DNA of 64,000 nucleotides, taken from the sequence record phage_1; one strand, 5' to 3'. Below, piece by piece: positions 8,176 to 18,150 of this stretch. Position numbers and translations under genes: made by a program. The notes below the pieces were generated by a model. That model saw only the letters and a program-made list of their open reading frames with translations. It did not search any database and was not told the origin of the DNA. How positions within the stretch are numbered: position 1 is the first letter of the stretch; every line of letters begins with the position of its first letter.

Positions 8176-9738
8176 TTAGAACAAATCATCACCCATTCCA
8201 CCGGTGAAGAAGTTGATAGACGACGCTGTTACGGTTTCTTCTTTATCACAATCCCAAGGCAGGATGCCAACATCCTGGAAAGGTATCACTGTGTAGTGAT
8301 AAGATTCTTTAGTATCGATAATGGTGCGGTGTTTACCGCGTTGAACTTCTAAGAAGCTATGGCCGTTGACCACACGCTTGTTAAAATACATTTCACCATC
8401 GGCCTCGTTATCAAGGCTCGAACAACTATCGTAAAGACCACGACCAGGTAAGTTCTTACAGAAGCCTACCGGGTCTAACGCTTTTAAGCGTTTACCTTCT
8501 GGGGAAATCTGGTGTGGGGCAATTAAGAACCCACGGTTGCGTACCACTTGGATGTTACGAGCAATACGATAAATTTCTTTGATATCACTCCCGGCAATGC
8601 CGTTGCCGTGTCCTGCTTTGCTGATTGTGCCTAAGTAGTCTGCGCGAATGCCAACAACATGATAACCGCGACGACGTAAGTCGAGAATAAGGTCGTTGAT
8701 GTAGTGCACTTTAAAATCGGAGTTGGTGTGCTTTTGGAAAACGTAGTCCCAACCGTTTGCGCGAATCTTACCACAGAGGTAATCAGACATTGCTGTTGTG
8801 TGTGCTAACTTCTCTTCAGCGGTTGCATCCTGTGCAATGGTCATCTGTGGAACTTGTCCTTCAAAATGACCGTACAGTGCTTGATAGCCGTAAGCTAAGT
8901 TAACGTCGAGTTCGTTTTCTAAACTCAAGTCAAGAATAATTGGTTGCAGTGTGCCCTTCACATCCGCCATTATTTTCTCAGGCGTGTTGAAGATAGGAAT
9001 CGACAAGCTCAGTAAGAGACTGAACAAAGACTTACAGTTAAAAGGCAACGCCGGCATAAGCCACAGTTCTTCGGTAATCCCTTTGTTACAACCGAGCATT
9101 TGGTTAATGGCTTTCCAGCCCGTCTGCAAACCATTACCTGCTGCTTTCTTGTTAATCGAGTCGAACACTTTAACAAACGGAGCCCGATTATCTGTAACCA
9201 GCTCACCGACCAGTGATGGAATCTTATTATGAGAGCGTTCACCGAACGTAGATAGCGCCTCTTTGAGTTCGAGCACTGCGGTGTTCAGATCAACACGTGT
9301 CTCAGTTCCATTCAATGCTCCGAACGCGCGACCCATTTTTGTTTTGAGTTCGACGCTCTGTAAACATTGACGTAATTGGAAATAATATTGAGACAGTTGT
9401 CGATTAAGATGCTCGGTACGTTTGTCTTCTTCCTCGGGCAAATCGTCTTCGAGGAATTTGGTAATCGTATCGTATAGAGGACGTACTTGAGTGGTGGCCA
9501 GCTTCAAGCGCTTCATAACGCTCGCGTGGTCGTATTCCATGCCGCCGTCTATGATAGATGTGATAATGTCCTTGATCTCGATGAGTGCAAAGCGCTCTTC
9601 GCCATCTTCCGCATATTCCGGAAGCTTGATCTGCATCAGAACTTTTCTTATGACATCATGATCCTTGCTAGGGTCCGTCAGCATAGATTCTGTATACAGT
9701 GCGGCTAAGGCGGTTATCAACATCATTTTACTATTCAT
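8176..9738 (-). CDS. dnaB: DnaB-like replicative helicase (phiKZ gp118-like)
   Basis: 520 aa; degenerate Walker A ALPFNCKS, Walker B-like ADYLG, PHQIS, KHR arginine-finger region; position just upstream of major capsid as in phiKZ-like phages. Confidence 0.75.
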   Translation of the reverse strand: MNSKMMLITALAALYTESMLTDPSKDHDVIRKVLMQIKLPEYAEDGEERFALIEIKDIITSIIDGGMEYDHASVMKRLKLATTQVRPLYDTITKFLEDDLPEEEDKRTEHLNRQLSQYYFQLRQCLQSVELKTKMGRAFGALNGTETRVDLNTAVLELKEALSTFGERSHNKIPSLVGELVTDNRAPFVKVFDSINKKAAGNGLQTGWKAINQMLGCNKGITEELWLMPALPFNCKSLFSLLLSLSIPIFNTPEKIMADVKGTLQPIILDLSLENELDVNLAYGYQALYGHFEGQVPQMTIAQDATAEEKLAHTTAMSDYLCGKIRANGWDYVFQKHTNSDFKVHYINDLILDLRRRGYHVVGIRADYLGTISKAGHGNGIAGSDIKEIYRIARNIQVVRNRGFLIAPHQISPEGKRLKALDPVGFCKNLPGRGLYDSCSSLDNEADGEMYFNKRVVNGHSFLEVQRGKHRTIIDTKESYHYTVIPFQDVGILPWDCDKEETVTASSINFFTGGMGDDLF

Positions 9739-9752
9739 GGAGCATCCTTAAA

Positions 9753-10277
9753 ATGCAAATTCGTTTTAGTCCACCGTGGGAAGTTCAATCTAACATAGAT
9801 AAAGGGGCTGGCGTTAAAAAGTTGGAGGAACTCCAAGCAAGCTTCTTTAACTGGTTATATGACTGCTCGTCGGGCTTTAGTTCCATCATACTGCCAGTGA
9901 GTGACCCTATTTCGATTTATAAATCGATTATGGCACCACCTGCACTTCCGACTCTTTATTATGACCAGGTCTTAAACCTGGTTGAGAAAGGTACGAATGA
10001 AACCCTTGCTGATTTATATGGGGAATCATTCGACGGTCGTTTACGTTGGGTGTTCTCACAANGTGGCGATGTTGTTGTGGCGTCTTTTGCAGAAGCTAAA
10101 TCCGGNCNGGNTTTTTNTTTAAGTGAAGACCACGNTGCGAAAAAGATGTTCTGCGCAGAACTTTTTAAATATATGCGTCCCAAGACTCGTGTCGTGGATG
10201 ATACGTTCAGTACGTCGACGCAGTTTGCTGCGCACGAAGTGCTGACGCAGTTGTACGCATGTCATTTATCTAAATAA
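9753..10277 (+). CDS. Hypothetical protein upstream of major capsid
   Basis: Start revised to ATG 9753 after GGAG. Confidence 0.6.
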   Translation: MQIRFSPPWEVQSNIDKGAGVKKLEELQASFFNWLYDCSSGFSSIILPVSDPISIYKSIMAPPALPTLYYDQVLNLVEKGTNETLADLYGESFDGRLRWVFSQXGDVVVASFAEAKSXXXFXLSEDHXAKKMFCAELFKYMRPKTRVVDDTFSTSTQFAAHEVLTQLYACHLSK

Positions 10278-10289
10278 GGTAAACTTGAA

Positions 10290-12590
10290 ATGAAAGATAC
10301 CCGTATCGCTAGTCTGGACCAGCTGGTTCAGCAGGGCAATGCTCTGGTCGCTGCTGCCAAGGCAGGCTCTTCCGCTAATGACGTATGGCNNNCCGTNGCC
10401 NTTGTCGCCTCTNTACNTNAAAATGCTGCCGGCTTCACCAACCTGCGTGACACTGCTCAGCAGCACTACGAAGCTGTAAACCCTGGCAAAACCATGAGCC
10501 ACGCTGCCCAGGTTGCTTCTGCGATGATTCTGGCTGCTGCCGGTCACGAAGACGACTTCATGACCCGTGTTGCTGCCGAGAGCGCGAAGCCGGAATACGC
10601 CAGCTATATGCCGATCGCTATTTCTGGTGCAGCATCTCTGGCTGCTGACTACGGTAAAACTCCGCTGGTCGCAACCGAATACTACACCAACAAAGACCTG
10701 GACAAAAACCTGGGTCTGACCTGGACGCTGAACGTGCGTGCTCTGGAAACTCAATCCAAGTTTGCAGAAACCCTGTTCCCGACCATCACTGTGGACACCA
10801 ACGACGTCGGCATCACCGTTCGTACCAAAGTTACTACTGTAACTCGTGGTATCCTGAACGCCCTGCTGACCAAAGACGTGGTTGAAGACAACCGTCAGCC
10901 GCTGCATAACGCGCTGTCTAACCACAAAGTCCTGCAGGACGATGCTATCCGTATCGTACCTTACGTGATGGAAACCGGTGAGAACGCGAAGTTCTTCGTA
11001 TCCGAAGACATCATCGAAAACGAAAACGTTCAGCTGGGTCGTGTGCCGGCGTATCCGACCAACTACCTGNGCTTCTCTGAGCGTCGTCTGAACCTGTTCC
11101 AGCTGTCTGCCCATCCGGGTATCGTGCAGGAAGGTTACGATGAAACCGACGAAATCGCACCGGGTGCAGCGCTGGGNAGCCTGCTGCTGTCTGTGCGTAA
11201 GCCGACCGAAGAAGCGAAAGATGGCGCGCTGATCAAACTGAACGTACGCGACATGCAGTTCGCTACCTTCCAGCGTCCTCCTGAAGGCGATGGCCGTGAG
11301 CTGGTCCTGCAGTTCCGTCGCACTGTGTTCTCCCTGAACGCCAAGTCTCTGGACTGGAAAGGTGCTGAAATCCCGGCACTGGCCGCTCTGGCACAGAACG
11401 ATTACACCATTCGTTATTCCATGAACATCAGCATGTCTCTGTTCACCAACGGTCAGTTCTCTGGTCGTGTTGACGTGACTGCACCGTCTCTGGAAATCGA
11501 AGGTCTGTACGATGCAACTGGTACTGCTGTTGATATCGAAAGCGGCACCGGCAAAGTCATCATCGACAACCTGAAACTGGAGCTGCTGGGCTGGCGCTTC
11601 GACGGTACTCGTACCAACGAGAACCGGAGAACCCAGGGCCTTCTGCTCGACCCGATTTGGGAACAAGAGAACTACAAACTGCAGTACGGTTCTCCGATCA
11701 TGACCAAATCTCCGGTTGGCGTTGAATACGACGACACCGAACGTCTGGACGACCTCGTTTCTGCGGTTAACATCCGTAACGAAATGCTGGCTATCACTCA
11801 GACTCTGTCTTACACCGAAGCGGTTAAGAACGCAGCTGCGTCCATGATCACTCCGTGGGACAAACCTGCTATCCGCGGCCTGGGCCGTCACTGGGTTGCT
11901 CCGTGGTACAGCGAAAGCGACTACGAAGTGGACAAAGTGATCCAGTCTCTGGATACCAAAGATGCGCTCATCAACGCCCGTCAGGGTCTGGTACAGCGTA
12001 TCGGCGACCAGGTAACTCGTGCTATCCAGGATTCTCGTTTCATGCCGGCTCTGCGCCTGCTGACTGCGGACCCGAACGCACTGCCGAAAGTTGTTATCGC
12101 AACTGACGAACCGACTGCTGCAATGCTGCTGCTGGTTCAGGGTGACCAGCGTCTGCTGGGCGATCGCTACGAGTACGAAGTTATCACCACCAACGATGAC
12201 CGCTGGCGTGTGAAGAACGAAGCTGACGGCAGCTGGACTCGCCGCCTGCAGTGGGTTCTGAAAGTTCCAACCGCTGATGACGGTTCTTACTGTGTTCTGA
12301 ACTGGGGTAACCACTTCTGGTCTCCGATCATGGTAACCAACATCAACATCCAGCGTAACGGCGCTACCAGCAAAGAGCTGGCAGTACAGCCTCGTAACGC
12401 GCACATCTGCCACTGCCCGATCACTGGTCTGATCTGGATTAAAGGTATCACCAAGTTCGTGGAAGAGAAACTGGCGTTCAACGTCACTACTACTTCCAAC
12501 GGTACTGGCGGTACTAATGGCGGTAATGCGGGTGATGTTGGCGGCGGCGCTACCCAGCCAGGGACGGGNGGTGATGGCGCTGGCGGCTAA
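10290..12590 (+). CDS. Major capsid protein precursor (phiKZ gp120 / SPN3US gp75-like)
   Basis: 766 aa, extreme high-expression codon bias, Ala-rich propeptide with ATE at residue 130, located between DnaB and nvRNAP beta. Confidence 0.85.
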   Translation: MKDTRIASLDQLVQQGNALVAAAKAGSSANDVWXXXAXVASXXXNAAGFTNLRDTAQQHYEAVNPGKTMSHAAQVASAMILAAAGHEDDFMTRVAAESAKPEYASYMPIAISGAASLAADYGKTPLVATEYYTNKDLDKNLGLTWTLNVRALETQSKFAETLFPTITVDTNDVGITVRTKVTTVTRGILNALLTKDVVEDNRQPLHNALSNHKVLQDDAIRIVPYVMETGENAKFFVSEDIIENENVQLGRVPAYPTNYLXFSERRLNLFQLSAHPGIVQEGYDETDEIAPGAALXSLLLSVRKPTEEAKDGALIKLNVRDMQFATFQRPPEGDGRELVLQFRRTVFSLNAKSLDWKGAEIPALAALAQNDYTIRYSMNISMSLFTNGQFSGRVDVTAPSLEIEGLYDATGTAVDIESGTGKVIIDNLKLELLGWRFDGTRTNENRRTQGLLLDPIWEQENYKLQYGSPIMTKSPVGVEYDDTERLDDLVSAVNIRNEMLAITQTLSYTEAVKNAAASMITPWDKPAIRGLGRHWVAPWYSESDYEVDKVIQSLDTKDALINARQGLVQRIGDQVTRAIQDSRFMPALRLLTADPNALPKVVIATDEPTAAMLLLVQGDQRLLGDRYEYEVITTNDDRWRVKNEADGSWTRRLQWVLKVPTADDGSYCVLNWGNHFWSPIMVTNINIQRNGATSKELAVQPRNAHICHCPITGLIWIKGITKFVEEKLAFNVTTTSNGTGGTNGGNAGDVGGGATQPGTXGDGAGG

Positions 12591-12673
12591 TAATCCGTAA
12601 GGATTACGTTGCCTAAGATTAGCTTACTCCCTTNGGGGNGNNAGNTTTTTNNTTTTTTNTNAAAATTTNTANN

Positions 12674-12691
12674 TAGATATTATCTTAGGGA
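12674..12691 (+). promoter_or_regulatory. Promoter-like motif, class II (AGATAGATRTTATCT type)
   Basis: TAGATATTATCTTAGGGA right after the capsid terminator; 5' part obscured by Ns. Confidence 0.55.
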
Positions 12692-12725
12692 GAGAGTCGT
12701 TCGGTTTTAACTTAAGGAGACAGTA

Positions 12726-12809
12726 ATGGTAATCAATTTAGAGAGATCAAGACTAGTTGCACCGATGTTTGATGGGCGCGGTTTTATGGCGAACGGTCCC
12801 AACGTCTAA
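12726..12809 (+). CDS. Small ORF, 27 aa (not in ORF track)
   Basis: MVINLERSRLVAPMFDGRGFMANGPNV; strong RBS AAGGAG 6 nt upstream. Confidence 0.45.
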   Translation: MVINLERSRLVAPMFDGRGFMANGPNV

Positions 12810-12865
12810 TACCCTAAAGTTTTTTACGTTAAGGGCACTGGGTATGAACCCGTGCCCAAAGTAAT

Positions 12866-12890
12866 CTGAGATAGATATTATCTACGTGAA
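12866..12890 (+). promoter_or_regulatory. Promoter-like motif, class II
   Basis: CTGAGATAGATATTATCTACGTGAA upstream of the operon carrying nvRNAP beta. Confidence 0.6.
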
Positions 12891-12922
12891 TAATTCTTTT
12901 GGTATTATTACTGGGATGTTCA

Positions 12923-13927
12923 ATGAACCGTTATGATTTAGACGTTCAGCCAACGCTAACCCAGCGGCCCATGCACCGTGGTGCCGTGTCGAAGACTATC
13001 ACGTACGAAAATAATACCGGGTTTCCCATATNCNNNACNGAACTCAGTGGCGGGCATTTTGTTTTAGCCCCGTCGTCCACCACAGCGGCGGAATTTGGGN
13101 TTGTGATTTACGTGACCTATACGGTGTTTGCGAACGGTGCTAACCTATCTGGTTTGCGCGACGCACATTCGCCAAAGCAGTATGCGCAGATATGTAAGGA
13201 ATTAACTACGAACGGCGAAACAACGCTGATGTATGTAGTTGATGATATCGGTGCATTAATGCGAGGCGACTTGGTGGTGTTGAAGAAGCTAGGAATGGCT
13301 TTCTCTACTCAACCAGTAAAACTCGATTCTGAGGTTATTGGTAAGCCGGGAGGGGATCGTAAAGAATTTGCCTTGGGCGTGGTAGTTGTACAGAAGTACG
13401 AAGACCCAGCACCTTTAAAGTGGCTGAGGTTCTATACAACGATGTTGGAAGTCGAACCGATTCGATCGAAGTATTACGACGAGGGTATTTACATGGTAAT
13501 CGGTGGTGCGGAGTGCGTCGAAGGGGGTAAGATGATAATGTACTCTTTCGATGACCCGATGTCCCCGTTCCGGGCGTTTGCATCTGAAGATGAAGCGAGG
13601 CGTTATCGGTGGCTCGATAACATTCCAGAGTTGCGANNTGTTCGTGCGAAGCTGGAAGCCACGTATCAGGCCAAGTTGCAAGATCTCGATGAGAAAAAGA
13701 ATCGGCAAGACCTCGATTATCGTACACAACTTAATAATCTGGCGCTAGAGAAGGAGAGGATTAACACCCTTAACACAATCCAGACGAATGAGCTTAAGTT
13801 GCGTTCCGATGTTCGTAAAGACCAATACGAGTCCCGAGCTTATCAGCGAAAAGATAGCTCGGAGTTCTTGAAATCCATTCCCGCGTATTTGGCTGCAGGG
13901 GTAGCACTCGTTGGGATGATTCTCTGA
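12923..13927 (+). CDS. Conserved protein with C-terminal coiled coil and membrane anchor
   Basis: Start revised to ATG 12923; long charged helix then IPAYLAAGVALVGMIL at C-terminus. Confidence 0.6.
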   Translation: MNRYDLDVQPTLTQRPMHRGAVSKTITYENNTGFPIXXXELSGGHFVLAPSSTTAAEFGXVIYVTYTVFANGANLSGLRDAHSPKQYAQICKELTTNGETTLMYVVDDIGALMRGDLVVLKKLGMAFSTQPVKLDSEVIGKPGGDRKEFALGVVVVQKYEDPAPLKWLRFYTTMLEVEPIRSKYYDEGIYMVIGGAECVEGGKMIMYSFDDPMSPFRAFASEDEARRYRWLDNIPELRXVRAKLEATYQAKLQDLDEKKNRQDLDYRTQLNNLALEKERINTLNTIQTNELKLRSDVRKDQYESRAYQRKDSSEFLKSIPAYLAAGVALVGMIL

Positions 13928-13938
13928 GGGAGGCCGGT

Positions 13939-15717
13939 ATGTTTAAAGATGCGATTAGGAAGATTAAAGAGGCAGGCGAAATAGTGCCTTTTAATCGTGC
14001 AATTGCAGAAGGAGTTGGGTACACACAAGCTAAAGACGGGATACATGATCGTGTGGCAACCATTCTACGTCGTGAGTTGACGTATGATGAAATCGATAAC
14101 CCGAAATTACCAGAAGGGTTAACGGTGTTAGGCTGCCGTCAGATGTCCCCGTTTGAAGCTTTTATCTTTAAGTTATCGAAGTCGGATAACAATTCACGAA
14201 ACAATCGTGGCCGGTCAATTATTAACATCTCATCCACTGACACGTATATGGTAATGGCCTCGTTCCGAGTTCCAGGCGATCCTCGCCCGGTGCAACGACC
14301 AATGAGCCTGCCGTTTATTCGTCGTGGCGGCTTAATGAACTACTACGGTACAACGTACCACGTAGCACCTGTAATCCACCAACCTGGTATTTGTCGTGAG
14401 CACGGTGGTATCTTTATTAACTTTGACTTCACCCGCAAGGTGTCTATCAAGTTCTGTAAGAAACCAACGAAGATTCTGGTGAATGGTCGCCCTGAGCAGC
14501 TGTTCTTGCCAGGTACATCGAATCTGTTTGTCTCAACTGGACAGATTGGACACGACACCGATGAGAAACCACTGATGTATTGGCTCTTTGGGCGCTACGG
14601 CTTTAAACAAGCTGTGAAGCGTTATGCGGGCGTTGATGTGACGATTTGGCCAGCGATTAAAGTACGTGATGTGGACTTAACGAAGTATGTGGTGATTCAG
14701 TCCGGTGAGCCACAACTCGCGAAGACCATCCAGTACGTACTGTTGGTTAAACGTGAAGATATGCCTAACACCGATGCAGGGCGTTGGGATCAAAACGAAC
14801 ATCTGTTGCTGGTAGCGACTGCCGCATTCTTCAAAGCGGCGCACTATTACGCAGGTAAACAGAACAGTAAGAACGGTCGTGCACCAACACTGCCGGGGCT
14901 GTTTACACAGATTAACGAAATGGCAATGGACGAAGATATTGCGAACCTCAATTCTGCAGCCTCCTGGCGCGAAGTGTTGGGTCGTAGTATTCGCGGACTG
15001 AAGCCTTCGGATATCGAACTGAGTCGCAGTATGGACAGCCACTTCCAGGAATGTGAACGCTATGTCAACAGCACCTTCCGTGGTGAGCTGATGGCAAACG
15101 ATCCGTCCATCCCTGATGATTTGGATATGTTTGATTTCCTCTGGTACACCACGCAGCTGATGGTGCGTACTCGTCTTACCAAACAAGATGATATTCCGTC
15201 TATGTACGGAAAACGTCTCACGGTAACCGATTACTTACTGTTGGGCCAACGTGGCTTTACCACAACGATCTCGAAAATACGTTGGAAGCTGGGGCAGTTG
15301 GAACATCGGACTCCAGAGACAGCGGCGAAGTCTATTCGAGACGCACTGAACAAACAGATCGTGCTCAATCTGGTGATGCGCACCATTACGAGCAACGGCG
15401 GTATCAGTTTCTTCAATGCCTCTACAGAATCAATGGTATTGGCAGTGTCTACGCACGCCATCGGTCAAACCGAAACCGATGCTAAGCGTTCGAAGAAAGG
15501 AGGCAAGACCGTTAACTTGAACGACCGTACTAAGCACGCATCTGCGTCGCATCTGGAATGTGGTAACGTCTACTATATTCCTAAGTCGGCACCGTTTAAG
15601 GCGAACATCCTCAACCCGTACATGAAGACCAACCCAAGTTTGGTAATGATGCGGAATCCTAAACTGGACCCGTACATCAGACCGACCGAAGAAGACATTG
15701 CTAAAATCGGCCGCTAA
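13939..15717 (+). CDS. Non-virion RNA polymerase beta subunit, N-terminal part (phiKZ gp123-like)
   Basis: 592 aa; LPFIRRGGLMNYYGTTYHVAPV resembles RpoB region 'IP.MT..GTFIING.ERV'; synteny after capsid gene. Confidence 0.75.
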   Translation: MFKDAIRKIKEAGEIVPFNRAIAEGVGYTQAKDGIHDRVATILRRELTYDEIDNPKLPEGLTVLGCRQMSPFEAFIFKLSKSDNNSRNNRGRSIINISSTDTYMVMASFRVPGDPRPVQRPMSLPFIRRGGLMNYYGTTYHVAPVIHQPGICREHGGIFINFDFTRKVSIKFCKKPTKILVNGRPEQLFLPGTSNLFVSTGQIGHDTDEKPLMYWLFGRYGFKQAVKRYAGVDVTIWPAIKVRDVDLTKYVVIQSGEPQLAKTIQYVLLVKREDMPNTDAGRWDQNEHLLLVATAAFFKAAHYYAGKQNSKNGRAPTLPGLFTQINEMAMDEDIANLNSAASWREVLGRSIRGLKPSDIELSRSMDSHFQECERYVNSTFRGELMANDPSIPDDLDMFDFLWYTTQLMVRTRLTKQDDIPSMYGKRLTVTDYLLLGQRGFTTTISKIRWKLGQLEHRTPETAAKSIRDALNKQIVLNLVMRTITSNGGISFFNASTESMVLAVSTHAIGQTETDAKRSKKGGKTVNLNDRTKHASASHLECGNVYYIPKSAPFKANILNPYMKTNPSLVMMRNPKLDPYIRPTEEDIAKIGR

Positions 15718-15748
15718 TTATTACATCTCTTAAGGAGTATTATTTACA

Positions 15749-17419
15749 ATGAGCATTACTGTTGAACAAATCAAAAACGTCATCGTTAAACACCTCGATC
15801 AGGACGCGGTACTGTCGCAGTTGAATAACGTGATGCGTAGTCGTAGCATTCCGCCAGATCAGGCGTTAAAGATTGCGACGTATGTTGCGGCATGGGCAGC
15901 ATCCAAAGGGGGTAGTGAAGCACAGGTTATCGCATATGCAGTCGATGCGTATAAAGCAGCTGCCTATCAGCAGGTGCATAACGCAGGCGACGCGTATANN
16001 GACGATCGTCACACCAAACTGGTTAATGCTTGGGAACAAGTCGGTAAGATTCTTGCCGAAATTCGTTCTCAGCAGTCCGGCGGTTTGGGTGGCAGTGGTG
16101 GTTTAGGTGGTGGTAGCAACGCAGGCGGGTTACTGGGCGGTAACAGTTCTGGCGGTGTGCGTGTTACTGATGGCTTGACCATGNCTTCTGCGCCATCCGG
16201 TGGTGTTAAGATTGGTAACACGGATGCGGCACTAACCGTGATTGCTGGCGGCGCAGGTCTTAACCTGGTCAGTGATCCTATTCTGAACCCACAGCCAGCG
16301 CAAGTAGCCCCAGCACAACAGCCCCAGCCTGAACCAGCACCGGTGCCTGTACAACCAATGCCGGTGTCTAATGCTACAGTTAATAACCCAGTGCTTTCCC
16401 CACTCGGCGCAACAGAAGAAACCGAGAAGGACACTACCAATGGCCCAATTAACAACATTCTGCAGGAGATTGATTTGATGGAAGACTACGCACTTCACGA
16501 GCTNAAAACCCCCGAGCTTAAAATGTCNATTCCAGCGAAGGAAGCTAACAGTCGCATTAAGCAATCTGTTTACGCGGAAACGCGTGATTGGGCTACACCG
16601 TTGCAAGATATCTTTAACGGTAATGAAGAGGTTGTTTTCTACGACGGGGCTGACCTGATTGTGCGTGCACGGGATAGTTATCGCGCGTATCTGGTTGGTG
16701 TTAACACTGATATGTGCGAACGCATGAAGCAATTTGTTGCTAAGCACGACGCACTGAAATCCGATCTCGACAGCCTGGCGTTGGTAGAAGATGTTGAAAC
16801 TATCATGGCTAAGGTGAAACGTACGATCGATGAGCTGCGTAAGAACACGAAAGAACTGCACGATTATGCGATTGCGAACAGCAGCGAAGCAGAAGTGGTT
16901 ATCAGTGAAATTTCTCGCTTTGCTAATGCGTACCTGGCGAATATCACTTTCCTGGTACACAACGCGCTGTCGCTGGGCACTAAGCGTGGTAAAGATGTGC
17001 CGAAGTTCAAAGCCATCGATTTCGAACGGAAAATCAGCGATATTGATTTCTTCGTAAAAGATCTGTTCACTGCAACCGCTGGCGACAACGGCGTAAGTGA
17101 ATATGAAGACTGGTTCCGTGACCTGTTCCTGATGGTGGCGAACTCTCTGCGCAAACTGACTATCAAGCTGAGCGATTCTGGCAAGGTGGTTAATCTGATT
17201 CAGAGCCAGTTCACCATCGTGATTCCGGGCATGTACCATTCTGTTGATAAACACGACGTAGTTACGGTAGCGTCTCTGGGCAATACCGCAGACCCGGTTG
17301 TGTCTATCTACGAAGCAGTACAGGAAAACGTGCCACATGCAATTGTATTGATGCAGCTGCCGCAGCACACTTACTTGCTTCTGAGCAATGGTGAGAAAAC
17401 TGCACCAGTGTTGTACTAA
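15749..17419 (+). CDS. Conserved hypothetical protein with Gly-rich and Pro/Gln-rich linkers
   Basis: 556 aa, RBS AAGGAG, biased codons. Confidence 0.65.
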   Translation: MSITVEQIKNVIVKHLDQDAVLSQLNNVMRSRSIPPDQALKIATYVAAWAASKGGSEAQVIAYAVDAYKAAAYQQVHNAGDAYXDDRHTKLVNAWEQVGKILAEIRSQQSGGLGGSGGLGGGSNAGGLLGGNSSGGVRVTDGLTMXSAPSGGVKIGNTDAALTVIAGGAGLNLVSDPILNPQPAQVAPAQQPQPEPAPVPVQPMPVSNATVNNPVLSPLGATEETEKDTTNGPINNILQEIDLMEDYALHEXKTPELKMXIPAKEANSRIKQSVYAETRDWATPLQDIFNGNEEVVFYDGADLIVRARDSYRAYLVGVNTDMCERMKQFVAKHDALKSDLDSLALVEDVETIMAKVKRTIDELRKNTKELHDYAIANSSEAEVVISEISRFANAYLANITFLVHNALSLGTKRGKDVPKFKAIDFERKISDIDFFVKDLFTATAGDNGVSEYEDWFRDLFLMVANSLRKLTIKLSDSGKVVNLIQSQFTIVIPGMYHSVDKHDVVTVASLGNTADPVVSIYEAVQENVPHAIVLMQLPQHTYLLLSNGEKTAPVLY

Positions 17420-17426
17420 GTAATAC

Positions 17427-17460
17427 GGAGACCTTCGGGTCTCCTATTATTATTTTTTAT
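17427..17460 (+). terminator. Rho-independent terminator
   Basis: GGAGACC-TTCG-GGTCTCC plus T-rich tail. Confidence 0.8.
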
Positions 17461-17484
17461 TCTATCGTGAAAAGGAGTATTAAA

Positions 17485-17751
17485 ATGTCTAGTGTTGAAG
17501 CAGTAATCTATTTTGAAAACGATGGGGTCGCGGGGTGCGGCTTCCCGAAGACAGCTGGGGTTAAATTTCTGTTGGCAAAGTATAAAGAAGAGCTTAAGAA
17601 AACGGCAGGGCAGAACCCTGGCGTGCCACTGCGTAGTGTTTTTCCTGAGATGGAGAAGGCTGCAAAAGTTGATCCGGTGTTGGGTATGTTCTGCGGGATG
17701 ATCAAAGAGCGATTTCCTGACATTGATAAGTACCACATTACGCTGGCGTAA
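17485..17751 (+). CDS. Hypothetical protein
   Basis: Start revised to ATG 17485 after AAGGAG. Confidence 0.6.
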   Translation: MSSVEAVIYFENDGVAGCGFPKTAGVKFLLAKYKEELKKTAGQNPGVPLRSVFPEMEKAAKVDPVLGMFCGMIKERFPDIDKYHITLA

Positions 17752-17785
17752 TTATTATAGAGTAGCTCTATAATGAGGTTCGAGC

Positions 17786-18088
17786 ATGGTAAAGTTCATT
17801 GTTGTCAACATGGATTTTGAGCGTNGTGTGNGTTTTNNCTTTGAGTTACCTGAAAACAAAGNGNCTGAATATTTATTACCCGGCTTCCAAAAATCCAAAA
17901 CAGCGATTAGACATGGACGTCGCCGGCAAATCTTCTACAACGCCCGTAAAGGCCTCCTGAAGGCGTTAAAAGCAGCAAAGGATACAAAGGTATTGGAAAA
18001 GCTAGAACCTTTCCAGAACGACCCTNTGGCGATTGGTATCATGCTCGACGAACTGGTTAATAAACCCAAAGCTGCTGCAGAAGATTAA
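17786..18088 (+). CDS. Hypothetical protein
   Basis: 100 aa, RBS GAGG. Confidence 0.55.
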   Translation: MVKFIVVNMDFERXVXFXFELPENKXXEYLLPGFQKSKTAIRHGRRRQIFYNARKGLLKALKAAKDTKVLEKLEPFQNDPXAIGIMLDELVNKPKAAAED

Positions 18089-18150
18089 AAAAAGAAAAGG
18101 TACCTCTCCCCGAAGGGAGAGGTAAACCTTATTTCTTTTTCTTTTTTTTT
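18087..18150. terminator. Bidirectional terminator between convergent genes
   Basis: A tract, TACCTCTCCC-CGAA-GGGAGAGGTA, T tract. Confidence 0.8.

Noticed and set aside
10266-12413. 715-aa antisense ORF opposite the major capsid gene
   Set aside because: Expected shadow of extreme codon bias in the capsid gene, which removes stop codons on the reverse strand; no RBS or protein-like motifs
12503-12590. Gly/Thr-rich low-complexity tail of the capsid protein (and acidic Gly-rich tail of portal, 18151-18420) as DNA repeats
   Set aside because: Protein-level low complexity without a regular nucleotide repeat unit
16232-17368. 378-aa antisense ORF opposite the 556-aa gene
   Set aside because: Same codon-bias shadow effect; the plus-strand ORF has an SD and coherent composition
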